Source: an uncultured delta proteobacterium (GTDB lineage Bacteria; Desulfobacterota; Binatia; Binatales; Binataceae). Taken from it: a stretch of 64,000 nt of DNA. The DNA lies in assembly GCA_963765675.1 (NCBI GenBank), contig CAVXXK010000001.1, positions 1,472,001 through 1,536,000 on the forward strand. Direction: 5' to 3'. The notes below the pieces were generated by a model. It saw only the letters and a list, made by a program, of their open reading frames with translations, was not told the origin of the DNA and made no database searches. The position numbers and the translations under genes are program-made. Each line of letters begins with the position of its first letter. Positions within the stretch are counted from its first letter, which is position 1. Shown here piece by piece: positions 38,608 to 48,200 of this stretch.

Positions 38608-39365
38608 TAGAGTTTTCGTGGATCGTGCCATAGCGGAGGCAAGAAACCCGGCGTTACGTAGGCGAAATGAACCGCGTCCAGGAGCGCCCATAGTATGTGA
38701 CACTTGAGAGTGAGAGCTTCGGCGGCGCGATCTTGCGCCTCGCGGGTGGCGCAATGGGCGACAACGTATTGCAGGCCGAATTCCGAGTCGCGAGGCGCCT
38801 GTATCAGCCGACCGCGAAAATATTCCAGGCCGCGGCTGTCGAGCCATGGGTAGAGTTTCTCCAGAATCGCGATACGATCTGACATCAGCGTGGGCGCGAA
38901 CAGTTCCGTCAGCGACGAAGCGACCGCCTCGACCAGAGGGCGCGATGCGCACAGGTGCAGATACGCATCGACCGCGAACCGAACCCCCGGCAGCACGTAG
39001 CGCAAACTGGCTACATCGGCGGGGTCGAGGCCGGCAGCTTCGGAAAGCTTGTACCACTTGCTGATGCCGCCGGCGCTATCACCAGCCCCGTCGTGATCAG
39101 TGATCCGCGTGATCCATGCGCGGCGGAATTCCGGATCGTCAGCCTTCGCGAGGATCAGCGCGTCCTTTTTGGGAATCGTCCACTGATAGTAGAAACGATT
39201 TTCGATCCACGCTTGCAGTTGCCGCCGCGTGAGGTTGCCCTGATGCATCAGCACGTGAAACGGATGCTTGTCGTGATAGGCGGCCGCTCCGATCGCGCGC
39301 AAGCGGTCGATAAAATCTTCGGGCGAATCGGGCGGAGCAGCGTCGGAGCGATTACCTGGTTTCAT
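38607..39365 (-). CDS. pqqC: PqqC pyrroloquinoline-quinone synthase
   Basis: YHDKHPFH, NRFYYQ..IPKKD, RITDHDG, FAVDAY, SSLTELFAP, YF..R..QAPRD. Confidence 0.97.
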   Translation of the reverse strand: MKPGNRSDAAPPDSPEDFIDRLRAIGAAAYHDKHPFHVLMHQGNLTRRQLQAWIENRFYYQWTIPKKDALILAKADDPEFRRAWITRITDHDGAGDSAGGISKWYKLSEAAGLDPADVASLRYVLPGVRFAVDAYLHLCASRPLVEAVASSLTELFAPTLMSDRIAILEKLYPWLDSRGLEYFRGRLIQAPRDSEFGLQYVVAHCATREAQDRAAEALTLKCHILWALLDAVHFAYVTPGFLPPLWHDPRKL

Positions 39366-39382
39366 TTTCCTCACGCCCGGAA

Positions 39383-40279
39383 TCACACGATAAAATCCAT
39401 GCCGTCTTCGGCGACTTCCCATCCCGCTTTTTCGACCTCGTGGCGCTCCGGCGAGGTCTCATCGAGAATGGGGTTGGTGTTGTTAATATGAGTATAGACC
39501 TTTCTGATCGAAAGATGGCTTAGCGTTGCCAGACTGCCGTGCAGGCCCGAAATAGGGATATGGCCCATCGCCGATGCGGTCCGAGTACCTGCGCCGCGAA
39601 GCTCCAGCTCATTTTCTGACCAGAAGCTGCCGTCAAAAAAAAGACAATCGCATTCGGCCGCCACGGCGAGAAATTGATCGTCGATTTGCTTGATCGCCGG
39701 AACATAGAGAATCGACGAGTGGGTTCGGGTGTCGATAACTTTGCAAGCAACCACGGCTCCATCAGAGCTCGAGGGCGTTTTCACGTAGGTTGGAATTTTG
39801 CCGTGGACGAAAATTGCCGCGAAACCGAGACCGCAGCCGATGGGTTCGATTTTGCGGTCTTCGACTATCGTCGGACGAAATTTTTCGGGTTGAATCAGCG
39901 CGCCGAAAGTGGGGTTCGACGCGAATGTCCAATCGAAAACCCGCTGTGTGCAATACAAACGAAGTGGCTGCGCCTCTCGCAGCGAAAGCAGGCCGGTGAT
40001 GTGATCAAGCTCCGCATCGGAAAGAAGAACGGAGTCGATCGCCGACCCCCTGACGGGGTGATCTCGTTGCAAATCTGGGAATGAGAAAACCTGGGCGCGA
40101 AGATCGGGGCTGGCATTGAGCAAGCACCATCGCGAGGGCTCCGCACTCACAGCTACCGAGCATTGGGTCCGCGCTTTCGCGCGAATGGTGCCGGTCCTCA
40201 GCCCGGCACAGTTGGAGCAGTTGCAGTTCCACTGCGGGAAGCCCCCTCCGGCGGCGGAACCGAGGATATGGACCCGCAC
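39383..40279 (-). CDS. pqqB: PqqB
   Basis: ILGSAAGGGFPQWNCNCSNC, RTQCS, LNASPD, ELDHITGL, MGH, THINNTNP. Confidence 0.97.
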   Translation of the reverse strand: MRVHILGSAAGGGFPQWNCNCSNCAGLRTGTIRAKARTQCSVAVSAEPSRWCLLNASPDLRAQVFSFPDLQRDHPVRGSAIDSVLLSDAELDHITGLLSLREAQPLRLYCTQRVFDWTFASNPTFGALIQPEKFRPTIVEDRKIEPIGCGLGFAAIFVHGKIPTYVKTPSSSDGAVVACKVIDTRTHSSILYVPAIKQIDDQFLAVAAECDCLFFDGSFWSENELELRGAGTRTASAMGHIPISGLHGSLATLSHLSIRKVYTHINNTNPILDETSPERHEVEKAGWEVAEDGMDFIV

Positions 40280-40291
40280 GATGGCTGATTC

Positions 40292-40444
40292 TTAGGATTC
40301 CCGCCTGGTTTCGCCGCTGTCGTCGCGGACCTGAGGGCGCGGCCGGATTCGGTCCCTGGGATCGTTGGAGAGCGCCGAACTGTAGCAGTTGATTTCCGCG
40401 TCCATTCTAATCTCGACAAACTCAGGTTTCTTCCAGCCGTTCAT
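40292..40444 (-). CDS. pqqA: PqqA precursor peptide (50 aa)
   Basis: Not in the ORF track. MNGWKKPEFVEIRMDAEINCYSSALSNDPRDRIRPRPQVRDDSGETRRES*; W-x-x-P and E-I-N-C-Y (ExxxY); GGAGGAG RBS; directly upstream of pqqB. Confidence 0.92.
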   Translation of the reverse strand: MNGWKKPEFVEIRMDAEINCYSSALSNDPRDRIRPRPQVRDDSGETRRES

Positions 40445-40570
40445 ATTTGAACACTCCTCCAATCGCTTCGAAGAATTTGTACCTCAAGAGATTCTGCGAA
40501 GGCAACCTGTCTCGAATTATGGCTATCCCTGAGCGGCGACGGCAATAGATCCGTAATTCGGTCTGGCGGA

Positions 40571-41683
40571 TCAGAAAGGAATCGACGGCATGGTAATCGT
40601 CGCGGATGCTGCGGCGGGAAGGTCGGGATCAGCCCTCAGCGGATGCTGCTTCAGGAAGGCTAGCATGCTGTCGTTCCATGACTTCGGCCACCTCAGGTGA
40701 TGTATCAAACCGCGCAACAACCCGAGTCTGCCGATGTCTCCGTCGGCCATCTCGTCAGTGCCGCAGGTCCGATCGCATGCAGGTACCTTGGCTCCAGAGG
40801 AATCGAGAACAACGTCGTCGATGTTGCCGCCCATCAACCTAACCCGCGCGGCAAACATCCTCGCGTTGGGACAAATGCCCCCGATGTCGCATGCGTTGCG
40901 CACGTGCATCAGCGGTACATGCGGATTGAAGACGTGCAACTGGCCGGTTCCAATAGGTTGCGCTGCCACTGGAATCTGTGGACACGCGTCGGAGAAAGCG
41001 CCGAACGGATTTGGCGCCGAATAAACCGCGGCCGCCGCGACCCACGGCCGGTTCATCGCATACAGCATCGCCATCGCGGCGCCATTGGACCATCCGGACA
41101 GATATATTCGGCGCGAGTCGATTTTACCTGTGGCATGCACCTCGGAGACGAAGTGATCAATCGTCGCCGCATCGACGTTTTCCGGGTAAACCGTGCCACC
41201 GACGGTTACTTCGCCCGAAGGACTCAACTGCCGGTACCAGTTATCCCATCCGAATGCGTCCGCGTCGGTGCTGGGATAGAAATGTGAGGTATAGCGACCC
41301 TGCGGCGCGAGCAGAATGAAGCCGAGGTGTTTCCCGCCAAGGTCAGCCTTGCCGGTCAGATCGGTCAACCCTGTGAACATAATCGAGTCAGCGGTCGCGA
41401 CCGAGCCGTGCAGGAAGACGACCAGCGGCAGCGGATTCTCTTTGCCTGCATCGGCAGGTTCGTACAGGCAGGCGAACCGCTCGTCGCCACCGCCGTCCTT
41501 CCATGGGCCCAGAACCTTGCCGCCGCGGCAGATCGGAGAATGCCGCGTGAGGAAGCTCGCGAACCTTCCGTGATCCACTTTTGCCGGCGGGTCTCCAAAC
41601 GGACCGCATGATGCCGCACTCGAGGTTCCGGCGCCAAAGGTGATCGCAGCCAGAGCGATAAAGACGCTCGCAATCGCTTTCAT
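40571..41683 (-). CDS. Secreted esterase (PHB depolymerase/feruloyl esterase-like alpha/beta hydrolase)
   Basis: Signal peptide, PLVVFLHG, LAPQG, IDSRRIYLSGWSNG, Cys-rich. Confidence 0.75.
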   Translation of the reverse strand: MKAIASVFIALAAITFGAGTSSAASCGPFGDPPAKVDHGRFASFLTRHSPICRGGKVLGPWKDGGGDERFACLYEPADAGKENPLPLVVFLHGSVATADSIMFTGLTDLTGKADLGGKHLGFILLAPQGRYTSHFYPSTDADAFGWDNWYRQLSPSGEVTVGGTVYPENVDAATIDHFVSEVHATGKIDSRRIYLSGWSNGAAMAMLYAMNRPWVAAAAVYSAPNPFGAFSDACPQIPVAAQPIGTGQLHVFNPHVPLMHVRNACDIGGICPNARMFAARVRLMGGNIDDVVLDSSGAKVPACDRTCGTDEMADGDIGRLGLLRGLIHHLRWPKSWNDSMLAFLKQHPLRADPDLPAAASATITMPSIPF

Positions 41684-41793
41684 CGATTTATTTTAGCCGA
41701 GTAGAGCGGAGCGCCAAACGGCCGGCGCCTGCGGGAAAAGGACTAGCAGCATTCAGGCGAGAGCGTGCTGATGGCGGGAACGTGGGCTGGCAG

Positions 41794-41822
41794 CCGGGCG
41801 CTCGCTACACACGAGCGCCCGG
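41794..41822. other. Perfect 11-bp stem-loop
   Basis: ccgggcgctcg-ctacaca-cgagcgcccgg; no U-tract 3' of it on either strand. Confidence 0.5.
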
Positions 41823-41844
41823 AAAAATGATCGGAACCGTTTTT

Positions 41845-42159
41845 CTAGAGGCCGAAGAAAAGGTTTATGCCCTCGGGCGGCGCTGCCGGCTCGTCATAGT
41901 CCGGGTAGTTATAATAATCCGGCTCGGGTGCGACGTAGTAGTTTGGCGCCGGCGTATAGTAGTAGGCAGGCCCCGGCCCACGATAGCCGCCGCGCGCGTG
42001 ACCTACGTCTCGGCCGCCTCCATGGGCCGCTGCGGCTGGACGCCTGCCGCCGCCATGGTCGTCGGCAAAAGCCGAGCCCGCCACGGCACCGCAGAGGGCG
42101 ATGCTGAAGCCGATCGCAATCGCGATCTTGCTAATCCTCGTTAGAGTAAACTTTTCCAT
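41845..42159 (-). CDS. Small secreted Gly/Arg- then Pro/Tyr-rich protein
   Basis: Signal peptide ending SAFA, low-complexity body, GINLFFGL end; GGAGA RBS. Confidence 0.7.
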   Translation of the reverse strand: MEKFTLTRISKIAIAIGFSIALCGAVAGSAFADDHGGGRRPAAAAHGGGRDVGHARGGYRGPGPAYYYTPAPNYYVAPEPDYYNYPDYDEPAAPPEGINLFFGL

Positions 42160-42231
42160 GATGATTCTCCATTCGCCGGAGCGATTCTCTGCGAACCGCG
42201 CATTCCGAATCGTCGTGGGCCAACCTGGCAA

Positions 42232-42756
42232 TTAACTGCTCGCTTTTGCCGAAGCGGTCCGCACGTTGCCGCGGAACATTGAATCCGCGGTCTTCTTCTG
42301 CGCATCGGACATGGTGCTGTAGAGAGCTTCAAAAGCTGGAACGAATTTGTCCATTCCCTTCTCATGCTCTCGAATGACCATCTGATAAGATTTGATGGCG
42401 TCGACCGCGTTCATCGAGCTGACGTCCTGCCCTCTTGCCTTTTGCAGATCGACCATCGTCGTGGCATTGCTGCGCATTACCGCGACCAGGTTGTCCCATT
42501 GAGCCTGCTGGGCCGCTGTGATGTGGAGCCGGTTGTGCAGTTCCTTGATATGGGCTTCGACCGCCTCGTCGGGGCCGGCGTTAAGTGATGCGGGTTGCGT
42601 CGTCGCGGGTGCGGCGGCAGCCTGCGCCAGCACAATGGGCGCCGACGAAGCGCCAAAATCGCCCGCGTTGGCGAGGAGTGGGAAAGCAAGAACGAGCGAG
42701 CCGAGCAGAGTCGCAACGGCAAGCGTGCGTGAGGGTGAACGCGTGAAAGAGATCAT
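42232..42756 (-). CDS. Spy/CpxP (LTXXQ) family periplasmic chaperone
   Basis: Signal peptide, LHITAAQQAQW, LYSTMSDAQKKTAD; AGGAG RBS. Confidence 0.85.
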   Translation of the reverse strand: MISFTRSPSRTLAVATLLGSLVLAFPLLANAGDFGASSAPIVLAQAAAAPATTQPASLNAGPDEAVEAHIKELHNRLHITAAQQAQWDNLVAVMRSNATTMVDLQKARGQDVSSMNAVDAIKSYQMVIREHEKGMDKFVPAFEALYSTMSDAQKKTADSMFRGNVRTASAKASS

Positions 42757-43104
42757 CGTCTGTACTCCTAAATTCGGTTGAGATCGCCGGAAGCCATTCT
42801 CCGCCAAGACAGAACGTGTGCTTTTCCGGATCGTTGCTTCCGAGTGGAGAGAAGCAATCTTTAGACTCCGGCATATTCCGTGGAGCGTCCATAGACCTTC
42901 GCATTAACACCTGAAAAGGCCGCCGACTTCGTTCCCGTCGGCACCAATTCCCTGCAGTAACTAACCCGTCTGCTAGCTGCACGTACCGCGTCAGATCTCA
43001 GATCTTTGTATCCCTCATTGCACGACGATTGCGGCATGGTAAGCTCCGCGTGGCCGAAGGTGTGGCGGCTTGAAGCAGGCGAGGATCTTTGGAGAGTTAT
43101 CAGA

Positions 43105-43770
43105 ATGAGTGCCGACAAAGATTCTCACGGTCATCGTCACCGCCATTCTCATTATCCTGGCGTCAGCCGCGAGGGCGCCAAACAACCCGACGCGTTCAAT
43201 CCTGCACGCGCGGCGCTCCTCGACGATCCGCGGCGCTTTGATTATTTGTCCGTTGCGCAAGTTCTGGCGATGCTTGATGCTCCGTCCGGAGGCGTGTTGA
43301 TCGATTTCGGTACCGGCACCGGAACATTCGCGATCGAAATTGCGAAGCAACGGACGGACCTGCATATCGTTGCGCTGGACGAACAACCCGGAATGCTCGA
43401 GTTGCTTCGTGCGAAGCCGGAGGTAAAGCGACTGGGAAATCTGGAGGCAATACTCACTGACGGCCTCCATCGATTCGCAGCGAGCGCCGATCGAATACTC
43501 GCGCTCAACGTATTGCACGAGCTGGGCGATGGCGCGCTAGGACAAATCAAAGATCTGCTCAAGCCGTCTGGCGTCGTGTTGTTTATCGATTGGGATTCGT
43601 CGATCAACCGTCCGGTCGGACCGCCGAAGGACCATACCTACAATGCAGTCGAAGCGCGCACGCGACTTGAAGACTCAGGATTTCGAGTAGAGCAAAGAGC
43701 GTCGACGAAATACCATTTCGTGCTCCGGGCGCGGACAGTCAAAGTAAAAGGTGTCGCGCCCACGGAATAG
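43105..43770 (+). CDS. Class I SAM-dependent methyltransferase with His-rich N-terminus
   Basis: LIDFGTGTG, LNVLHEL, LKPSG..FIDW, GPP; HGHRHRHSH leader. Confidence 0.85.
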   Translation: MSADKDSHGHRHRHSHYPGVSREGAKQPDAFNPARAALLDDPRRFDYLSVAQVLAMLDAPSGGVLIDFGTGTGTFAIEIAKQRTDLHIVALDEQPGMLELLRAKPEVKRLGNLEAILTDGLHRFAASADRILALNVLHELGDGALGQIKDLLKPSGVVLFIDWDSSINRPVGPPKDHTYNAVEARTRLEDSGFRVEQRASTKYHFVLRARTVKVKGVAPTE

Positions 43771-43798
43771 AAGATGATCGTCGGCGCAAGTCCGATGC

Positions 43799-45265
43799 GT
43801 GCGTCGAAGATCGGCGCCGAACCATCGCGCACACGTCGTTCGCTTGTCGTCTACAGGTGCGGCCGATGTTTTCTCGCGTTTTACGGCGGCTCGGCCGGGT
43901 CGCTGGTACGACATCGGGCTGCTCGTCCTTGCGGGATTAGCTCTGGTGTTTATTTGGAGTGTGACCGAAATCGACTACACTCCGGGCAACGGATTCCAGA
44001 TTGTTCCGCGCCAAGCATATTCAGGCGATGGTCCGCACTATCTGATAATCATCAATAGTTTGCTATTTGCGCATACCCTTGAGGTGCAGGGCGCATACGA
44101 TCGGGCCGCGCAAGGAGGCCTCGAGGCGGGAGCGCGGGCGCGTCACCAATTGCCGGATCATCATACGATTCTCGTTAATCGACGCACGGGAGATCACGCT
44201 CTGTGGATGTACTCGATTGCCGGCATCGTAATTCGCAATCCCAAGCCGGAGTTTCGTCGCGGCCCTGACGTGTATGAGGTGCCAGCGCATCCGATCGCAT
44301 TTCCCGCGCTGTTGGCGGCAGTGATTGCGCCATTTCATCCGTCGCTCGACCAGGTCGAACCAGAAGTCGGAATGGTGCTCGTGCTGATCGGATGGGCGGG
44401 CGTCCTCGCGACTTACCTCCTCGCGCGCCGCGGAGGGTTGAGCCGCGGCTATGCACTGCTCGCAGCGGGAACGCTGCTGCTCGCGAGTCCGTGGCTGTCG
44501 TATTGTCGCGACTACTTTTCGGAAACCACGATTGGTTTATGCCTGGTGCTCGCAATCTGGTCGTGGAGCGATGACCGGCCAGTAATCGCCGCGTTTTTCG
44601 CGGCAGGCGCCGCGATCATAAAACCTTCTTTCGCGGTGGTTGGTGCGGGATTCTTGATCGAAGCGGTTCGCGAGCGGCGTCTTCGCGACGCGTTGAAGAT
44701 GGCGGCCGTGCTCGGAGTCTGCGCGCTGGCACTGGGCGCGTTCAACTATTGGCTGTCCGGAACTCCGCTGATCTCGGGTTCGGAGGCATGGTATCTCGCG
44801 AGCGATCTGGAGCCGCTTCACGACACGTTGCTCGATCCTGCGCATGGTGTGCTCGTCTTTGCGCCGTGGGCGATCTTCGCCGTATTCGCGATCGCGCATG
44901 CGTTCGATTGTTTCGACGCGGACTACGCAATGCTCCGCCGGATGGCGTGGCCGTTGATTCTTTATCTGTTCGTGCTCGCGATCACCGGGTTTGGACCGGG
45001 CTATTGCTACGGGCCGCGTTATTGGGTTCCGTTTCTGCCGTGGCTTGCCGTCGCAACGGCGCAGGCTCTGCGCAGCGGCGGGACGCGCGGACGCGTCGCA
45101 TGCGCTCTGCTGATTCTGGTCGGGATGGCGATTGCGATTCCAGCGGTGGTGCAATTGCCGAGCATGTATTCGATGCCGCCGTCCGCAGGATGGCACTGGA
45201 AGGGCGAATCGGCATTACCCGCGACGTCAGAGTTCTCGTCAGGAAAGCTCGCCGCAATTGTCTGA
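43799..45265 (+). CDS. Polytopic membrane protein, GT-C (ArnT/PMT-like) glycosyltransferase candidate
   Basis: TM1 then YSGDGPHY loop motif, FSE, IIKP, GPRYWVPFLP; ~10-12 TM; start uncertain. Confidence 0.6.
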   Translation: MRRRSAPNHRAHVVRLSSTGAADVFSRFTAARPGRWYDIGLLVLAGLALVFIWSVTEIDYTPGNGFQIVPRQAYSGDGPHYLIIINSLLFAHTLEVQGAYDRAAQGGLEAGARARHQLPDHHTILVNRRTGDHALWMYSIAGIVIRNPKPEFRRGPDVYEVPAHPIAFPALLAAVIAPFHPSLDQVEPEVGMVLVLIGWAGVLATYLLARRGGLSRGYALLAAGTLLLASPWLSYCRDYFSETTIGLCLVLAIWSWSDDRPVIAAFFAAGAAIIKPSFAVVGAGFLIEAVRERRLRDALKMAAVLGVCALALGAFNYWLSGTPLISGSEAWYLASDLEPLHDTLLDPAHGVLVFAPWAIFAVFAIAHAFDCFDADYAMLRRMAWPLILYLFVLAITGFGPGYCYGPRYWVPFLPWLAVATAQALRSGGTRGRVACALLILVGMAIAIPAVVQLPSMYSMPPSAGWHWKGESALPATSEFSSGKLAAIV

Positions 45266-45283
45266 AGTTCCCGCCAGGAGAAA

Positions 45284-48200
45284 CTACTGCAACGCCATAT
45301 CGACGCGGGTGGTCTTGCCCTGATCCTTGATTCCGTCGGCGTTCAGCTTGGGCGCGATCAGGAACAGCCGCGCCGGATCGATCTTCGCGCTCAAGTACGC
45401 GCGCACCGCGTTGGCGCGAGCGTCGGCCAGCGCGCGCAGATCGCTATCGGAGGTAGCCGCTATCATCTGCTTTTTCATCTCATCAGGCGGCAGCGACTTG
45501 TCGAGACCGAGGAAGTTGGTCGGCTTTTTGAACTTGGCCGCCTTGTACGCGCGGGTCAGGTACTTGTCATATTCAGCAGGTGCGATCTTGACGCTCGCGA
45601 GATCGCCGCTAGGGCCGCCGGTGTCCTTCAGCTTCTGCGCCTTCATCGCCTGATCGATAAGCCCCTCGCGATCGAGAGCGGGATCAACGCGTCCCTCTAT
45701 ATTCACCTTCAGGCCGGTCCGCTCCTGGAGTGCCTGGATAAGAGTATCGAGCTTCGATTTGCTATCCGCGCTTAGCGCTGCCGAGCCGGGCGCGAACTCG
45801 ACATAGGACAAGTCCTGCTTACCGCCTCCGAAGGCCGAGCTTAACAAACTGAAGGGCGACGTCGCGGCTTTCACGATCAAGTTCATGAACGCGTGCAAGA
45901 TCACGCTGCCAATACTGAATTGAGGATCTTTCAGCGAGCCCGAGACGGGTACGTCCACGTCGATCTCGCCTTTCGAATTCTTCAGCAGAGAAACCGCGAG
46001 CCGAATTGGCAAATTGGTCGCGGTCGAGTTCGCGACCCGGTCGCCGAAAGTAAGCTGATCGATGAAGATGTGATTGTCGGCGGTCAGATTGCCCTGATCG
46101 AGCGTGTAGTGAACGTTCACCGTAAGCGTGCCCTTGGTTATCGGGTAGCCGGTATAGCGCGTTGAGTAGGCCGTCAGCCCGGTCAGCTCTATTCCATCGG
46201 CATTCGCCTTGACATCGACATACGCGGTCGGCGCCAACGGATTAACCGAACCTGTGATCTCGATCGGCGCGCTGCCGTTGACCTGCCCGTGCAATTCGAC
46301 GTCGGCGGGACTGGTCGATCGGGTTCCAAACGCTCCCACCTTGCCGGTGATGCCGGTCAGATTCGCGGTGTAGTTCGGTTGAATGAAAAAATCGCTGTAG
46401 TCGATCTTGCCGCCCTGCAGTGTAATTCGTCCGAGCGCGATATCCGCGGGGATTGGTTGCCCAGTTGGAGAGGACGGTGCCGCTTCGGCCGCAGGAGCCT
46501 GCTCTTGCGGCTGTGCCTCAGTCAACGATTTGGGCGCGGCGTTAGGATTCGCTGTGATGTCCTTCAGGTTCAGCTTCCCGGTCTGGTTCAGAATGATTCG
46601 CGAATAAAAATCCGACAGCGCGACCGCGCCGATATGTACCTTGGGCGGACCAGCACCGAAGTCGGCGTCGATTCGGCTGACGCTCAGCGCGCGCCATCTA
46701 AGGAACGGCTCGCTGGTCAGTTTGTCGAGCGTTGCCAAGTCGGCGACCGTGACGTCGCCGCGATAAGTGATTCGAAGATTCTTTCGCTCCTGCGCCAGGC
46801 CAACCGCGCCGTTCATCGTCAGCAGCGCGCTCTTGATCGTCGCATTCAAATGGCCGCTGACGTAGGGATCCGCGGACGAGAGATCAAGGCGCTGAGTGAC
46901 GACGCGTAGATTGGCTTTGAGCGGCGCGATCGCCGCGGTGCCGGTGACCTTGATCGTGCCGCGCCGATTGAGCGAGCCATCGAGATCGACGCTGAACGGT
47001 TTTGCGAAGTCGCTGGTAACATCCTTCAGATGGATGTTGAGCGGAGAGAACGCGATTTTGACCGCACGCGGAGCAGACGCGTCTTCGATCTGAGCATCGG
47101 TCTTCTCGATCGCGATCGAAGCGATGCGGAATTGCCACGGCTTGGCCACCGGCGCCTTAGCCTGTTCCGGTCGGCGGCGCTGGCGTTCGCGTTCCACACG
47201 CTCTCGCTCGCGGCGCTCCCGCTCCAGGCGTTCGCGCTCGCGTCTTTCGGCAGCAGTCTCGCGACGAGGACGGGGAGGCGGCGCCGGCTTCGCCAACAGA
47301 TCGAGCAGGCTCAGTTTTCCGTCGCGTTCGCGGATCACAGACACACGGATCCCGTCGGTGCGGATTTCGTTGATTGTCGCCTGACGCGAAGCCAAATCGA
47401 CTTGTCCGATCGCGACGCTGAGCTTGTCCCATTGCAACGGCTTGTCGCGGCCATTGGACGTGCTGAGCGCAAAACTATCGAGCGAAACGCTGGCAGGTTC
47501 GGCATGCACGTTGAAACTGGACGAAAAATCAGTTTTGACGTTGGCCGAGGCGCTTAGCTTTCCGCTCGTCACCTTGGCAGCGAGGATCGATTGGGCGAAA
47601 GCCTGCAGCGCCGGCAAATCGATTTGATCGATCGTCACGGTACTGGTCGCTTGCTTGTGCGCGTAGTCAACCGCGCCCTTGACGTCGATCGAGCCGCCCC
47701 CGCCAAGGCTAGCCGTCAGGCCGTATGATGCTGCAGCGGCGCTGGTCAGGCTGAAATAGCCGAGTTGTGCGTGAATCGGCGAGATCGACACTATCGCCGG
47801 AGTAGCGCCAGTGTTGTCAGTCACCTTGACTGAGCTTTGCGCCATCTCGAATGAATCGATCGAGACGTCGGGCGGAGCGGCCGGCGCGGTGGATGAGGCC
47901 TCGACCGCGGTGGCCGCCACGGGCGCGGCAGGTGACGCACTGCTGGCTGGCGCAGAGTTTGGTCCGTTAAGTGAAGTCAGATTGATCGTGCCGTCGTGAT
48001 TGCGCACGAGGTTGGCGGCGAGTCCGTCTATCCGAATCTTTCCGAGATGGAATCTTCCTCGTAGCGGCTCGACATCATCGAGCGTGGTCATCGCATGTTG
48101 CAGCGCGGCAATCGGCGCGTCGCTCAAATCGCGAACGTCGAGCTGGTCGATCGCAGCCTCGCCGACAATCGCGATTACCGGGCCGGTGTCCTTGGAGACG

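Noticed and set aside
42757-43104. Riboswitch in the long spacer (hairpins gccgac/gtcggc and ttgcttc/gaagcaa)
   Set aside because: No conserved aptamer motifs recognised; an Infernal/Rfam scan would be needed.
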